From Bacteroidales bacterium (GTDB lineage: Bacteria; Bacteroidota; Bacteroidia; Bacteroidales; JAOZQN01), in assembly GCA_029932195.1 (NCBI GenBank), contig JAOZQN010000001.1, forward strand, positions 10,595 through 54,734: a stretch of 44,140 nucleotides of DNA, read 5' to 3'. How positions within the stretch are numbered: position 1 is the first letter of the stretch; every line of letters begins with the position of its first letter. The translations under genes and the position numbers were made by a program. This document shows, piece after piece, positions 18,480-27,534 of this stretch. Under the pieces are notes generated by a model. The model made no database searches, was not told where the DNA came from, and saw only the letters and a program-made list of their open reading frames with translations.

Positions 18480-20678
18480 TTACTGTATCAAATGATTCTT
18501 GCTATCAGCTTTTGCTTTCTCAATTAGTTCTTGGATTTTGTTGTTGCGAATTGTCCATTTTATTAGTTCGTAAACAACATCTTTTATGTTTTTCACATTT
18601 CCTACAATTTCTGGCAAAGTTAAATCTAATTCATAATCTAAAAAACGTTCAAGATTAGAATATTTTGGATATGCCGCAATAATTGCTTTTTCAAGTTGTT
18701 TTTTGTCTTTGCCATTCAATTTTAAAACTTTATTTTCTAATTGTGAGCTATATTTTTCTTCTTCCAGAAAATTTGTTTTTATGTCCGTAACACCATTCAA
18801 AAGTTCGGTTACAATTACGTCTTTGTAGCTTTTATCACATTGTTTTTCTCTTATGCCTTTTTCTTTTCTTCTCATTAATTCGGAATATTCAAAAAAATGA
18901 GGTTCTTTTTGGTTTTTGCATTCATTGCAAATACACGGCACAAGTTTTTCGTAATTTAGTTTTTTATAAGGGCTCAAAAGTTTGTCAAATTCGTTATTTA
19001 TTATGCCCAATAATTCTTTTTTCCTACTTCCGTATATGCGAATAAGAAATTTATTGCTTTTGTCGTAAGTTTCTTTTATTTCTGCCTGTGTGTTTTCAAA
19101 TTCTATGTTTACACCTCTGCTCCAAACAAGTTTTTGGTTTTGTATTCGGCGATGTAGGGCAACAATAATGCGTGGCATAATTCCACGAGGCATGTATTTG
19201 TCGAACTCGTAGGCAAATTGCAAAATTCCAATTTTATTTTCGTGATGCCATGCTTTGTATGGTTGCTCGGCGGGTAAATGTGCCGGAACAACATATTTTT
19301 TTGTGTTGTCAATTTCATACATCAAACCAAAGCGGTGCATTAAATGACTCAGGTTATCAATTTCTGCAAACATTTTGTCGCTATACCAAATTTCTTTAAT
19401 CTGTGTTTCGGAAAGTCTACCTTTGTTCTCTTTTACAATCTTATGATTCAGCACTTCGTAAACAGTATTAACAAGCCAATTGGAATTTAGATAAATACGA
19501 TTTTTGAGTATTTTATCGTCATAATAATGCGTAAAAACACCTATCCTGTTAAAATAATCGCTCAAATAATCAAGTTTTTTAGTGTCTGTTTTGTTTTTTT
19601 TGCAAATTTTAAAATAATGGTCGTAGCTAATAAATTTATCTTTCAGATTAAATAAATCTTTACGGATATTTACCCAAGAAGCAGGCAAAGGATTGCCAAT
19701 ACCAGGCAGTTCGGGGAGCAAATATTTTAGTTTATTTTGTAGTTTAACAATTCTATTGCTATCATTTTTTAAATCAACAGTAACAAAATCGGTGATTAAA
19801 TTTCCAAAACGACCTTTTAGACCGTTCTTATCAATTTGTGGCACATGCTCATGCTTTTTATTGATAACAATTAACAATTTACTATCCTCACCAGCAAGCT
19901 GTTCTATTGTATTTAACCAATATGCAAAATCGGTTCTCTCTTCACGAGTGTCGTCTATAAGCACATAAAAAGATTTTTTGCTAAAAAAGATTTGATGTGT
20001 TCCATGATACAATTTTTGCCCACCAAAATCCCACAAATTGGCATACATAGTTTGTTTGCCTCGCAAATGGTGCATGACTTCAAAATCCCATTTTGTAACC
20101 TCAATACCAAGAGTTGTGTCTTTGTCTTTTGGTAATTCTGCTGTTTTATCTTTTATTTTTACGGCAAAACTTGTTTTTCCAGCTCCTCCTTCTCCTATAA
20201 TAAGCAACTTAGTTTCAAATAGATACTCAACATTTCCAATTATTAGTTGTTCCAGATAATTTTTTACGGCATTACGCCCTTTTTCTAATATTTCAAAGGG
20301 TGGATTCTTCATAGGATTGTTTGTCAAAACATCGTCCCAGTTTTCTATATTTTTCAAGTTATTGAAAACATTATACGGTAATTCTGAAATATTATTATCA
20401 CTTAAATCGAGACCTCTCAGTCTTTTTAAATCTTTTAAAAATGAAATATCTGAAATTTCATTATCCCTTAAATAAAGACTTGTCAAGCTTTTTAACTCTT
20501 TTAAAAACTCAATAATCCTACCTAAGTCTTTAATTTTACAATTATATAAACTTAATTTGCTTACCTCATTTTTTTCGTTAAAAATATAATTTCTTGTATT
20601 CCATTCAATCTTGTCATTCCGTTCAAGTTCAACACCTAATTTTTGCTCTATTTGTTTTATAATTTGTAAGTTAGTCAT
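18480..20678 (-). CDS. Roco protein: short LRR - Roc GTPase - COR - Cys4 motif - C-terminal EAD1-like domain
   Basis: LxxLxLxxNxI repeats, GEGGAGKTS, TTLGI, WDFGGQ, YWL, PCICNEC...CDKS. Last 80 aa (LNGKDKKQLEKAIIAAYP...VYELIKW...IQELI) fit the EAD1 pattern. Confidence 0.88.
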   Translation of the reverse strand: MTNLQIIKQIEQKLGVELERNDKIEWNTRNYIFNEKNEVSKLSLYNCKIKDLGRIIEFLKELKSLTSLYLRDNEISDISFLKDLKRLRGLDLSDNNISELPYNVFNNLKNIENWDDVLTNNPMKNPPFEILEKGRNAVKNYLEQLIIGNVEYLFETKLLIIGEGGAGKTSFAVKIKDKTAELPKDKDTTLGIEVTKWDFEVMHHLRGKQTMYANLWDFGGQKLYHGTHQIFFSKKSFYVLIDDTREERTDFAYWLNTIEQLAGEDSKLLIVINKKHEHVPQIDKNGLKGRFGNLITDFVTVDLKNDSNRIVKLQNKLKYLLPELPGIGNPLPASWVNIRKDLFNLKDKFISYDHYFKICKKNKTDTKKLDYLSDYFNRIGVFTHYYDDKILKNRIYLNSNWLVNTVYEVLNHKIVKENKGRLSETQIKEIWYSDKMFAEIDNLSHLMHRFGLMYEIDNTKKYVVPAHLPAEQPYKAWHHENKIGILQFAYEFDKYMPRGIMPRIIVALHRRIQNQKLVWSRGVNIEFENTQAEIKETYDKSNKFLIRIYGSRKKELLGIINNEFDKLLSPYKKLNYEKLVPCICNECKNQKEPHFFEYSELMRRKEKGIREKQCDKSYKDVIVTELLNGVTDIKTNFLEEEKYSSQLENKVLKLNGKDKKQLEKAIIAAYPKYSNLERFLDYELDLTLPEIVGNVKNIKDVVYELIKWTIRNNKIQELIEKAKADSKNHLIQ

Positions 20679-20817
20679 AAGTAAGTGCTTAAATTTAAGT
20701 GTTTAGTTTTTAATTAGCTTTCGCCTGATAATAAATATGTTATAAAATTAATGAGTGTCGTTTTTGTAATTTTAATCTTCCTATTAAAAGTAACAATAAT
20801 CTTTCTCACAAAGCAAA

Positions 20818-20970
20818 AATAAGCCCAAAGAACTGAAAGGCAATAATCAGTGCATCGCACTGGGAGAATAAACAAAAATAGTAGTCAAGCATTGTGAGGC
20901 TTAATCCAAAATTTCGCTAAATCACAGAACTACGTCCTATATTATTATGTTTCAGGTCTTTGGGCTTATT
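20818..20970. mobile_element. ~150-bp MITE-like element upstream of the Roco gene
   Basis: TIR aataagcccaaagaactgaaa / tttcaggtctttgggcttatt. Confidence 0.7.
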
Positions 20971-21085
20971 ATGGTTTTACTTTGGGATCTAATTATAAGG
21001 TGCTTTTTTTTTCTAAGTTAAGTAGTCTCAAAAGTTTCTTTTATGTAATTTCTCGTGTAAAGCGTGGACGATTTACGCATTGTAT

Positions 21086-21118
21086 AACTTTGCCAAAGTT
21101 TAAAACTTTGGCAAAGTT
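21086..21118. repeat. REP-like palindrome or terminator after ribBA
   Basis: aactttgccaaagttt-a-aaactttggcaaagtt; relative at 27482-27512. Confidence 0.75.
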
Positions 21119-21167
21119 TGTTACTCGACAATATAAACTTGAAGCAACACTAGGTCGTAAAATGGAA

Positions 21168-22394
21168 TTAAATTTTATCGTAGTTATATTTTTTCAAATT
21201 GTGTCCCATTTTTACCTTTTTAGTTTTCATATAAAAAGCATTGTGTATATTGGGCTTAATCTCTATTGGTGCAATTTCTGTAACTTCCAGACCATAGCCT
21301 TGTAGTCCTATTTTTTTAACAGGATTATTTGTTAATAATTTCATTTTCTGCACACCAACACTTCTAAGTATTTGAGCACCAACCCCATAATCTCGCTCGT
21401 CATCTTCAAAACCAAGTTTATGATTTGCCTCCACAGTGTCGTATCCTTCCTCTTGAAGTTTGTATGCTTTAATTTTATTTGACAAACCAATCCCTCTACC
21501 TTCCTGATTCATATAAATAACTACGCCTTTTCCTGCTCTATCAATTTGTCGCATAGCTTCGTGAAGTTGGTCTCCGCAGTCGCAACGCTTTGAACCAAAA
21601 ATATCACCAGTAACACAAGACGAATGAACTCTCACAAGTATTGACTCATTTTCATTCCATTCACCTTTTATTAGTGCAACATGCTCTAAACCATTTGATT
21701 TCTGTAAAAAAGGTATCAAATTAAAATCACCAAAATCGGTTGGCATTTTTACTTCTACGCCTTTTTTTATTAGACTTTCGGTTTCCAGACGATATTTTAT
21801 CAAATCTTTGATAGAAATTATTTTCAAATCAAATTTTTCTGCTACTTTGTATAGGTCTGGAAGGCGAGCCATTGTGCCGTCGTCGTTCATTATTTCCACC
21901 AAAGTTCCTCCGGCTTTTAGTCCTGCCATAACAGCCAAATCCACAGCCGCCTCTGTATGACCAGCTCTACGAATAACTCCTTGTTTTTGTGCTTTTAGCG
22001 GAAAAATATGACCAGGACGTGCTAAATCGTCTGCTTTAGTTACCTCATCTACAAGAGAATTGATAGTTTTGGCACGGTCGTATGTAGAAATTCCTGTTGT
22101 GCAACCTTGCCCAATTAAATCTACCGAAACGGTAAATGGAGTTTCGTGTAAAGCAGTATTTTTACCTACCATTAGCTCTAAATCAAGCTGTTTGCATCGG
22201 TCTTCTGGAATTGCCAAACAGACTAGCCCCCTACCCTCTTTTATCATAAAATTAACAATTTCGGGAGTAACAAGCTCTGCCGCAGCAATAAAATCGCCTT
22301 CATTTTCTCTGTCTTCGTCATCAACAACAATAATTATTTTACCGTTTTTGATGTCTTCAATTGCTTCTGGTATTGTGTTTAATTTATTTTTCAT
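21168..22394 (-). CDS. ribBA: Bifunctional DHBP synthase / GTP cyclohydrolase II
   Basis: [57 protein letters not shown]. Confidence 0.97.
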   Translation of the reverse strand: MKNKLNTIPEAIEDIKNGKIIIVVDDEDRENEGDFIAAAELVTPEIVNFMIKEGRGLVCLAIPEDRCKQLDLELMVGKNTALHETPFTVSVDLIGQGCTTGISTYDRAKTINSLVDEVTKADDLARPGHIFPLKAQKQGVIRRAGHTEAAVDLAVMAGLKAGGTLVEIMNDDGTMARLPDLYKVAEKFDLKIISIKDLIKYRLETESLIKKGVEVKMPTDFGDFNLIPFLQKSNGLEHVALIKGEWNENESILVRVHSSCVTGDIFGSKRCDCGDQLHEAMRQIDRAGKGVVIYMNQEGRGIGLSNKIKAYKLQEEGYDTVEANHKLGFEDDERDYGVGAQILRSVGVQKMKLLTNNPVKKIGLQGYGLEVTEIAPIEIKPNIHNAFYMKTKKVKMGHNLKKYNYDKI

Positions 22395-22526
22395 TCAACT
22401 CAAGGTAATAATTATTTTAAAACTGATTATCATCTGATAAACAGCATTTTAACAAAACTAAATGTGGAAATTATTTTATCAAATCCTAATTTTTATAATA
22501 AAAATGTAAAAGTAGTTTTTTTTTTG

Positions 22527-22534
22527 TATATTTG
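22527..22534 (+). promoter_or_regulatory. -7 promoter element (TATATTTG)
   Basis: 30 bp upstream of the Uma2 start. Confidence 0.55.
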
Positions 22535-22564
22535 TATTTTATACGAAGTTAAATTTACAAAAAC

Positions 22565-23137
22565 ATGGCACAACCACATAAAAAGAAAGAATTACTAACA
22601 TTAAATGAATATCTTGAATTAGAAGAAACATCTGAAATAAAACACGAATTTTATTATGGCGAAATATTTTCTATGGCAGGAACTACACGTGTTCACAACG
22701 AAATTGAAGGAAATATAACTTTTAAGTTAAAAAAAGAATTGAAAAATATTAAAAAAGAACATTTTATATACTCCGAGTCAGTAAAAATAGAAATAACTAA
22801 AAATTATCATTACGCATATCCCGATGTTGTTGTTAGTTGTAGCGAAAAAGAGGACGACCCACTCTCAATAAAACATCCTATTTTAATTGTAGAAGTTTTA
22901 TCCGACAGCACTCGTGAATATGATATGAATAAAAAATTTGAATTTTATAAACAAATTCCAAGCTTGAAACATTATTTACTTATTGAACAAAATCAATATT
23001 TTATAAATTCTTATACAAAACAAAATGATTTTTGGTATCATAAATCTTATTCTAAAAAAGAAGACTTGGTAGAACTTTTGCATTTAGATATAAAAGTATC
23101 AGTAAAAGATATTTACGACAATGTTCAATTTGTTTGA
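22565..23137 (+). CDS. Uma2 (DUF820) family PD-(D/E)XK endonuclease-like protein
   Basis: KHEFYYGEIFSMAG..H, YPDVVV, P..IVEVLSDST..YD..KK..Y. Confidence 0.93.
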   Translation: MAQPHKKKELLTLNEYLELEETSEIKHEFYYGEIFSMAGTTRVHNEIEGNITFKLKKELKNIKKEHFIYSESVKIEITKNYHYAYPDVVVSCSEKEDDPLSIKHPILIVEVLSDSTREYDMNKKFEFYKQIPSLKHYLLIEQNQYFINSYTKQNDFWYHKSYSKKEDLVELLHLDIKVSVKDIYDNVQFV

Positions 23138-23159
23138 TTTGAGTGTGTAGCATAATGGA

Positions 23160-23226
23160 GGCTTTTGGTAGTTAGCTTTTGGCTTCGCAAAGCGATAAAA
23201 AATAAGCATATAGCCAAAAGCCAATA
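23160..23226. repeat. Inverted heptamer arrays with CGCAAAGCG (23186-23194)
   Basis: gcttttggtagttagcttttggctt-cgcaaagcg ... tagccaaaagccaata. Confidence 0.75.
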
Positions 23227-23232
23227 CCCCCT

Positions 23233-24456
23233 TTACACACTCGTTTGATTTCGTTTTGTTGGTTGCCAAATTCCTGATTTTACGCCTTTTGCCCACCTGA
23301 AAAAGCCTATAAATAAAGCAATATTCATGCTATAAAAATGAGTTATAAATCGTAAAATAGAAATGTGAATATTTATTTTTTTCAATAAAATATCCAAAAA
23401 AGGTAAGCTAAAAGAAAGTATTAAGCCCACAAACGAAAGTTGATATAAAATCTTATCTAATAAAAATATATTACTAATTAAAATTGTAACAATAAAAAAT
23501 GGAATTATCCAACGTAAAACTTTATGTGATAAAAAACTAAAAGAAACACCAAATTTACTTATATATCTTTTTGATTTTTTTTCAAAAGGATTTAATCCTA
23601 TAATTCCGAGTAATAATTTTTTAAATTTACTAAGATTTTGAAAATTGCCAGTTGCAATTCTTATTTTTCGTCTAAATTCGTCTTGCAAATTATTGGAAAC
23701 ATCTTCAAAAACAAGTGATCTTAAGTTATTTATAGCTCGATAACCTTTTTGCAGAACTTTCATATTTATATAAAAATCATCTACCAGAAAATTAGCAGGA
23801 ACAGGCTTGTAAAGCTCTCTTTTTATAGAATAACAACCTCCAAAAGGTCCCATCATAGTTCCCCAAATATTACTTTCAGCGTTTTTAATTCCAACTTCTC
23901 TCGAAATATATGCACTCTCCTGAACCGAAATTCCATCTTTAACCAACCCCTTGTTAATCATGTGAGTATCAACAAGTCCTATCTTTTCGTCTTTAAAATA
24001 TTTCACCATTTCAAAAACCGTATTTTCGTGAAAAAATACATTTGCATCGCTCAAAACAATAACACTACCTTTTGATTTATCAAAAATTTGATTAATAACA
24101 CCTGGCTTGCCCTGTCGTTTAGTGAACGGATAAAATTTTATGTTCGGATATTTTTTTGCGTAGGCACTAACAATTTCATTACTTCTATCGGAAGAATTAT
24201 CAGAGCCAATCAAAATCTCAATCTTCTCGGGAGGATAGTTTGATTTTAAAATAGTATCTATTTTTTCTGCAATAACCTCTTCTTCGTTAAATATTGACAT
24301 TAAAATAGATACAACAGGAAGTTCGTCGTTTCTACTAAAAAAAACAGCATTGCTATTTTTCTTATTTAATATTTTTAATATAATTGGATAAAAAATATAG
24401 GAGTGAAAAATAACCAATACTGATATCCAGAATAAAATTTGTAAAGTTATTTCCAT
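23233..24456 (-). CDS. GT2 family membrane glycosyltransferase (IcaA/PgaC-like)
   Basis: N-terminal TM, SIFNEE, GSDNSSD, GK, SDAN, VDDF, RKIRI, C-terminal TMs. Confidence 0.92.
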   Translation of the reverse strand: MEITLQILFWISVLVIFHSYIFYPIILKILNKKNSNAVFFSRNDELPVVSILMSIFNEEEVIAEKIDTILKSNYPPEKIEILIGSDNSSDRSNEIVSAYAKKYPNIKFYPFTKRQGKPGVINQIFDKSKGSVIVLSDANVFFHENTVFEMVKYFKDEKIGLVDTHMINKGLVKDGISVQESAYISREVGIKNAESNIWGTMMGPFGGCYSIKRELYKPVPANFLVDDFYINMKVLQKGYRAINNLRSLVFEDVSNNLQDEFRRKIRIATGNFQNLSKFKKLLLGIIGLNPFEKKSKRYISKFGVSFSFLSHKVLRWIIPFFIVTILISNIFLLDKILYQLSFVGLILSFSLPFLDILLKKINIHISILRFITHFYSMNIALFIGFFRWAKGVKSGIWQPTKRNQTSV

Positions 24457-24587
24457 ATATTTATATTTTTAAAGTCAATATTTTGTATTATTATCTTATT
24501 TTTTTCATTTTAAGATATTCAAAAACTTTTTTTTGTAATATATTTATATTATACTTTGGCATAATAATTCTTTTTAACTTTAGTCTG

Positions 24588-24595
24588 CAAATTTA
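24588..24595 (-). promoter_or_regulatory. -7 promoter element (TAAATTTG)
   Basis: Consensus match upstream of 24456. Confidence 0.45.
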
Positions 24596-24709
24596 CTATT
24601 TTTTTTAAAATTCCTACTTATTTATTAATTTATATTTTTATTCGTTAAAATAATGACAATTAAAAAAGCCAAACAGAAATATTTGACTTTTTAATTGTAA
24701 TTTTTGTAA

Positions 24710-24738
24710 TAGAGACGTGCCACATGGCACGTCTCTAC
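24710..24738. repeat. GTAG-family REP palindrome just after the DUF4465 gene stop
   Basis: Minus strand GTAGAGACGTGCCA-T-GTGGCACGTCTCTA; same GTAGAGACGTG start as 8397. Confidence 0.8.
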
Positions 24739-24747
24739 GGTAGATTT

Positions 24748-25716
24748 TTAATATTTTATTATTTTTTCAGAAACAACAACATTTTTTGAATTTATTTTTA
24801 AAATATAAATACCTGAATTAAAATTGGTTAAATCTATAATTTCGTTTTCTGAACAATTGTTTTTTTGATAAACAATTTTCCCAGAAATATCTGTTAAAGA
24901 AATTTGCCCCTCTCCCACTCTATTTATATTGATAAAATCTGTAGTTGGATTTGGATATATTTTTATCTCATTTTTAACATTTTCTGATACAGAAGTTATT
25001 GTCTCAAAAATTAAGTTATCAAAACAAAAATAAGTAGGATTTGTTATTCCAGAATCATTATATTTTGTAGAAGCAAATGTAAATGTCAAATTATCAATAG
25101 TTCCAAGAGGTGTTAAATCTACTTGTTGCCAATCATCAATAATAATTCCTTCTATTCCTGTGTAGTCTGCCAACAAAAATTCTACCTCTCCTGTTGAAAC
25201 ATCTCCATTTTTTCCTTCAATAATTAATTTAAAAAAGTCATCATTATCTGTTGTAAAAGCCTCGCTAAAAGTATCTCCATTTAAGATAGTTAGAGCTGCA
25301 TAAGTAGAATTTGTTACCCAAATTTCCGACACATTCACAGGGTTTTCAAAAGAACAGCTTGCCGTTCCTGTCGTCCAAAAACCTGATTGCAAGCCTCCTC
25401 CATAAGCAGGATAAACTATTCCAAAATTATCTCCACTAAATGCTTCTCCTGCATAAGTGCTGTATTGATTTTCGTAGCTATTGGTAGTTTGATCTGTTAA
25501 ATTTGAATAAGAGAAACCGTCCCACGAAAAATAATCTGAATTATAGTTATTCACAAAATTAACATACTCACTACCAAAACCTCCCGACTCATCAGAACCA
25601 TTCCAATAACCTTCGTCTGGCATTGTAAATTGTTCAAAATTAAATACTTGCTGCGAAAAAGCAACCATTGGCACTAACATTATAGATACCAATACAATTC
25701 TCATAAAATTTTTCAT
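24748..25716 (-). CDS. DUF4465 (BtuJ-like) domain protein with T9SS C-terminal domain; putative secreted cobalamin-binding protein
   Basis: Sec signal, YWNGSD, F.NNY...WDGFSYSN, VTNSTYA, FLLADY, W..VDL..LG, P.YFCFDN, CTD IYPNPTT...GIYILKI. Lies downstream of a B12 riboswitch. Confidence 0.85.
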   Translation of the reverse strand: MKNFMRIVLVSIMLVPMVAFSQQVFNFEQFTMPDEGYWNGSDESGGFGSEYVNFVNNYNSDYFSWDGFSYSNLTDQTTNSYENQYSTYAGEAFSGDNFGIVYPAYGGGLQSGFWTTGTASCSFENPVNVSEIWVTNSTYAALTILNGDTFSEAFTTDNDDFFKLIIEGKNGDVSTGEVEFLLADYTGIEGIIIDDWQQVDLTPLGTIDNLTFTFASTKYNDSGITNPTYFCFDNLIFETITSVSENVKNEIKIYPNPTTDFININRVGEGQISLTDISGKIVYQKNNCSENEIIDLTNFNSGIYILKINSKNVVVSEKIIKY

Positions 25717-25899
25717 CGTTAAAAAATTTAAAAGTTAATAAATAAAATTGTAAAGTATCAATATGATTAAATTGGTGAGATGTTGAGGGTGATTTATTAA
25801 AGAGTTGGTTATTTGCTTTATTTGATGAGTTGTTGTGTGAAACTCTAAAAAATAACTATTTTCAAATAAACCAATAAACAAATATACGAATAAACCATT

Positions 25900-26150
25900 C
25901 CCAAGCTATAACTCCCGACAGCTTAAAGATATTGAACCACAAAACAGTAGGTTTTCTGACTTATTCCATATTTTAAAAGCCTTCCCATCTTCCAAAATGA
26001 TAAATTAAGAATGAAGTATGTTAAATTTAATTAATCATTCAACATTAAAAATCAACCATTATAAAAAGCAGTGGCACAGATATTTAAAACGTAGAAAATT
26101 ACAGCAGCGGGGACTGTCTAGGATTTTCACCCAGTTCCCTTCCTGTTTTG
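25900..26150 (-). ncRNA. Cobalamin riboswitch
   Basis: Minus strand AGGGAA-CTGGGTGAAAATCCTAG-ACAGTCCCCGCTGCTGTAA...GCCACTG...GGGAAGG...AAGTCAGAAAACCT. P1 AAAACAG/CTGTTTT (26149-26143 / 25947-25941). Downstream AAGCTGTCGGGAGTTATAGCTT hairpin. Confidence 0.92.
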
Positions 26151-26156
26151 ATGTCG

Positions 26157-26164
26157 CAAAAGTA
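26157..26164 (-). promoter_or_regulatory. -7 promoter element (TACTTTTG) for the riboswitch transcript
   Basis: Immediately upstream of P1. Confidence 0.7.
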
Positions 26165-26204
26165 AAATATTTTTTAAATATTAACGCAAAACAGTTTTTT
26201 TTTT

Positions 26205-26212
26205 TACTTTTG
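26205..26212 (+). promoter_or_regulatory. -7 promoter element (TACTTTTG) for the cysD-led gene run
   Basis: Back-to-back with the riboswitch promoter. Confidence 0.55.
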
Positions 26213-26344
26213 TAGGAATTTTATTTAGGAAGGAGGAGTTAGGAAGGAAGAGGGAGAAAATTAGGAAGGAGGAAAAAATTAGAAGAACGAAAGTTAGTTT
26301 TTTCTAAAAAATCACCTTCTCCAACCTCCAAACCTCCTTCCTAA

Positions 26345-26504
26345 TACCAAACCGCAATCAAAATAGTGTTTTAGAAAAAGAATTGTTTTTTGTTTATTTG
26401 ATTTATCAAAATTCTTGCATAGCCGTAGCTATGAAACATTTTTTTAAAGAAAAATAAACAAAAAAGAAACGTTTTATATTCATTATTTTGATAACGGTTT
26501 GGTA
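26345..26504. mobile_element. 160-bp MITE with TAA target duplication, inserted in a heptamer array
   Basis: TIR TACCAAACCGCAATCAAAATA / TATTTTGATAACGGTTTGGTA (19/21). TAA at 26342-26344 and 26505-26507. Central catagc-cgta-gctatg. Confidence 0.8.
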
Positions 26505-26566
26505 TAAGAACCTCAAACCTCCCTCCTAACTCACTCACACATAAAACGAATAAACCAATATAAAAT

Positions 26567-27469
26567 ATGAAATACGAATTAAATCATTTACGAGAATTAG
26601 AATCGGAGTCAATATTTATAATGCGAGAGGTTGCGGCACAATTTGAGCGTCCTGCACTGCTTTTTTCGGGCGGAAAGGACTCAATTGTAATGTTTCATCT
26701 TGCTTTAAAAGCCTTTTATCCAGCAACTGTGCCATTTCCATTAGTGCATATTGATACAGGACACAACTTTGGCGAAGCTCTACAATTTAGAGACGACCTT
26801 GTTGCAGAACACGGTGTTCAACTGGTAGTTGGCTCGGTGCAAAAAACTATTGACGACGGTAAAGTGCAAGAAGAAACAGGTTATAATGCAAGCCGTAATA
26901 TGTTGCAGACAACCACTCTACTTGATACAATTGAAGAGGGAAAATTTGATGCAGCACTTGGCGGAGGTCGTCGAGATGAAGAGAAAGCCAGAGCAAAAGA
27001 ACGTTTTTTCTCTCACAGAGACGAGTTTGGACAATGGGACCCAAAAAATCAGCGACCAGAACTTTGGAATATTTTTAACGGTAAAAAACGTATGGGCGAA
27101 CATTTTCGTGTGTTCCCACTAAGCAACTGGACAGAGCTTGACGTTTGGCAATATATTTACATGGAACAAATCAAAATTCCTTCTATCTACTTCACACACA
27201 AGCGAGAAGTTTTTAATAGAGACGGACTTTTGCTTTCCACAGCTCCATTTATGAAACTAAAACCAAACGAAACGGCACAAGTTCTTGATGTTAGATGCCG
27301 AACTATTGGCGATATTACAAATACAGGTCTAACTATTTCAAAAGCGAATAATTTAGAAGATATTATTGAGGAAATTGCTGCAACCCGCACAACAGAACGT
27401 GGTGGCAGATTTGACGACAAACGCTCTGAAACAGCAATGGAAGATCGTAAAAAAGAAGGATATTTTTAA
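26567..27469 (+). CDS. cysD: Sulfate adenylyltransferase subunit 2
   Basis: LESESIFIMREV, FSGGKDS, GGRRDEEKARAKER, WDPKNQRPELW, MEDRKKEGYF. Confidence 0.97.
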   Translation: MKYELNHLRELESESIFIMREVAAQFERPALLFSGGKDSIVMFHLALKAFYPATVPFPLVHIDTGHNFGEALQFRDDLVAEHGVQLVVGSVQKTIDDGKVQEETGYNASRNMLQTTTLLDTIEEGKFDAALGGGRRDEEKARAKERFFSHRDEFGQWDPKNQRPELWNIFNGKKRMGEHFRVFPLSNWTELDVWQYIYMEQIKIPSIYFTHKREVFNRDGLLLSTAPFMKLKPNETAQVLDVRCRTIGDITNTGLTISKANNLEDIIEEIAATRTTERGGRFDDKRSETAMEDRKKEGYF

Positions 27470-27481
27470 TCTAAATTTTCA

Positions 27482-27512
27482 ACTTTGACAAAGTTTCGAG
27501 CTTTGTCAAAGT
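27482..27512. repeat. REP-like palindrome
   Basis: actttgacaaagtttcgagctttgtcaaagt. Confidence 0.7.
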
Positions 27513-27534
27513 AAAACTTCAAAACTTAAACAAA

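Noticed and set aside
20982-21305. 107-aa + strand ORF and other short antisense or alternate-frame ORFs within long genes
   Set aside because: Shadow ORFs overlapping well-supported genes or palindromic repeats, with no recognisable motifs.
22395-22564. FMN riboswitch before ribBA (and SAM riboswitch before metF)
   Set aside because: No conserved aptamer motifs in either short AT-rich leader.
26018-26215. 65-aa + strand ORF
   Set aside because: Antisense to the cobalamin riboswitch and its promoter; no protein features.
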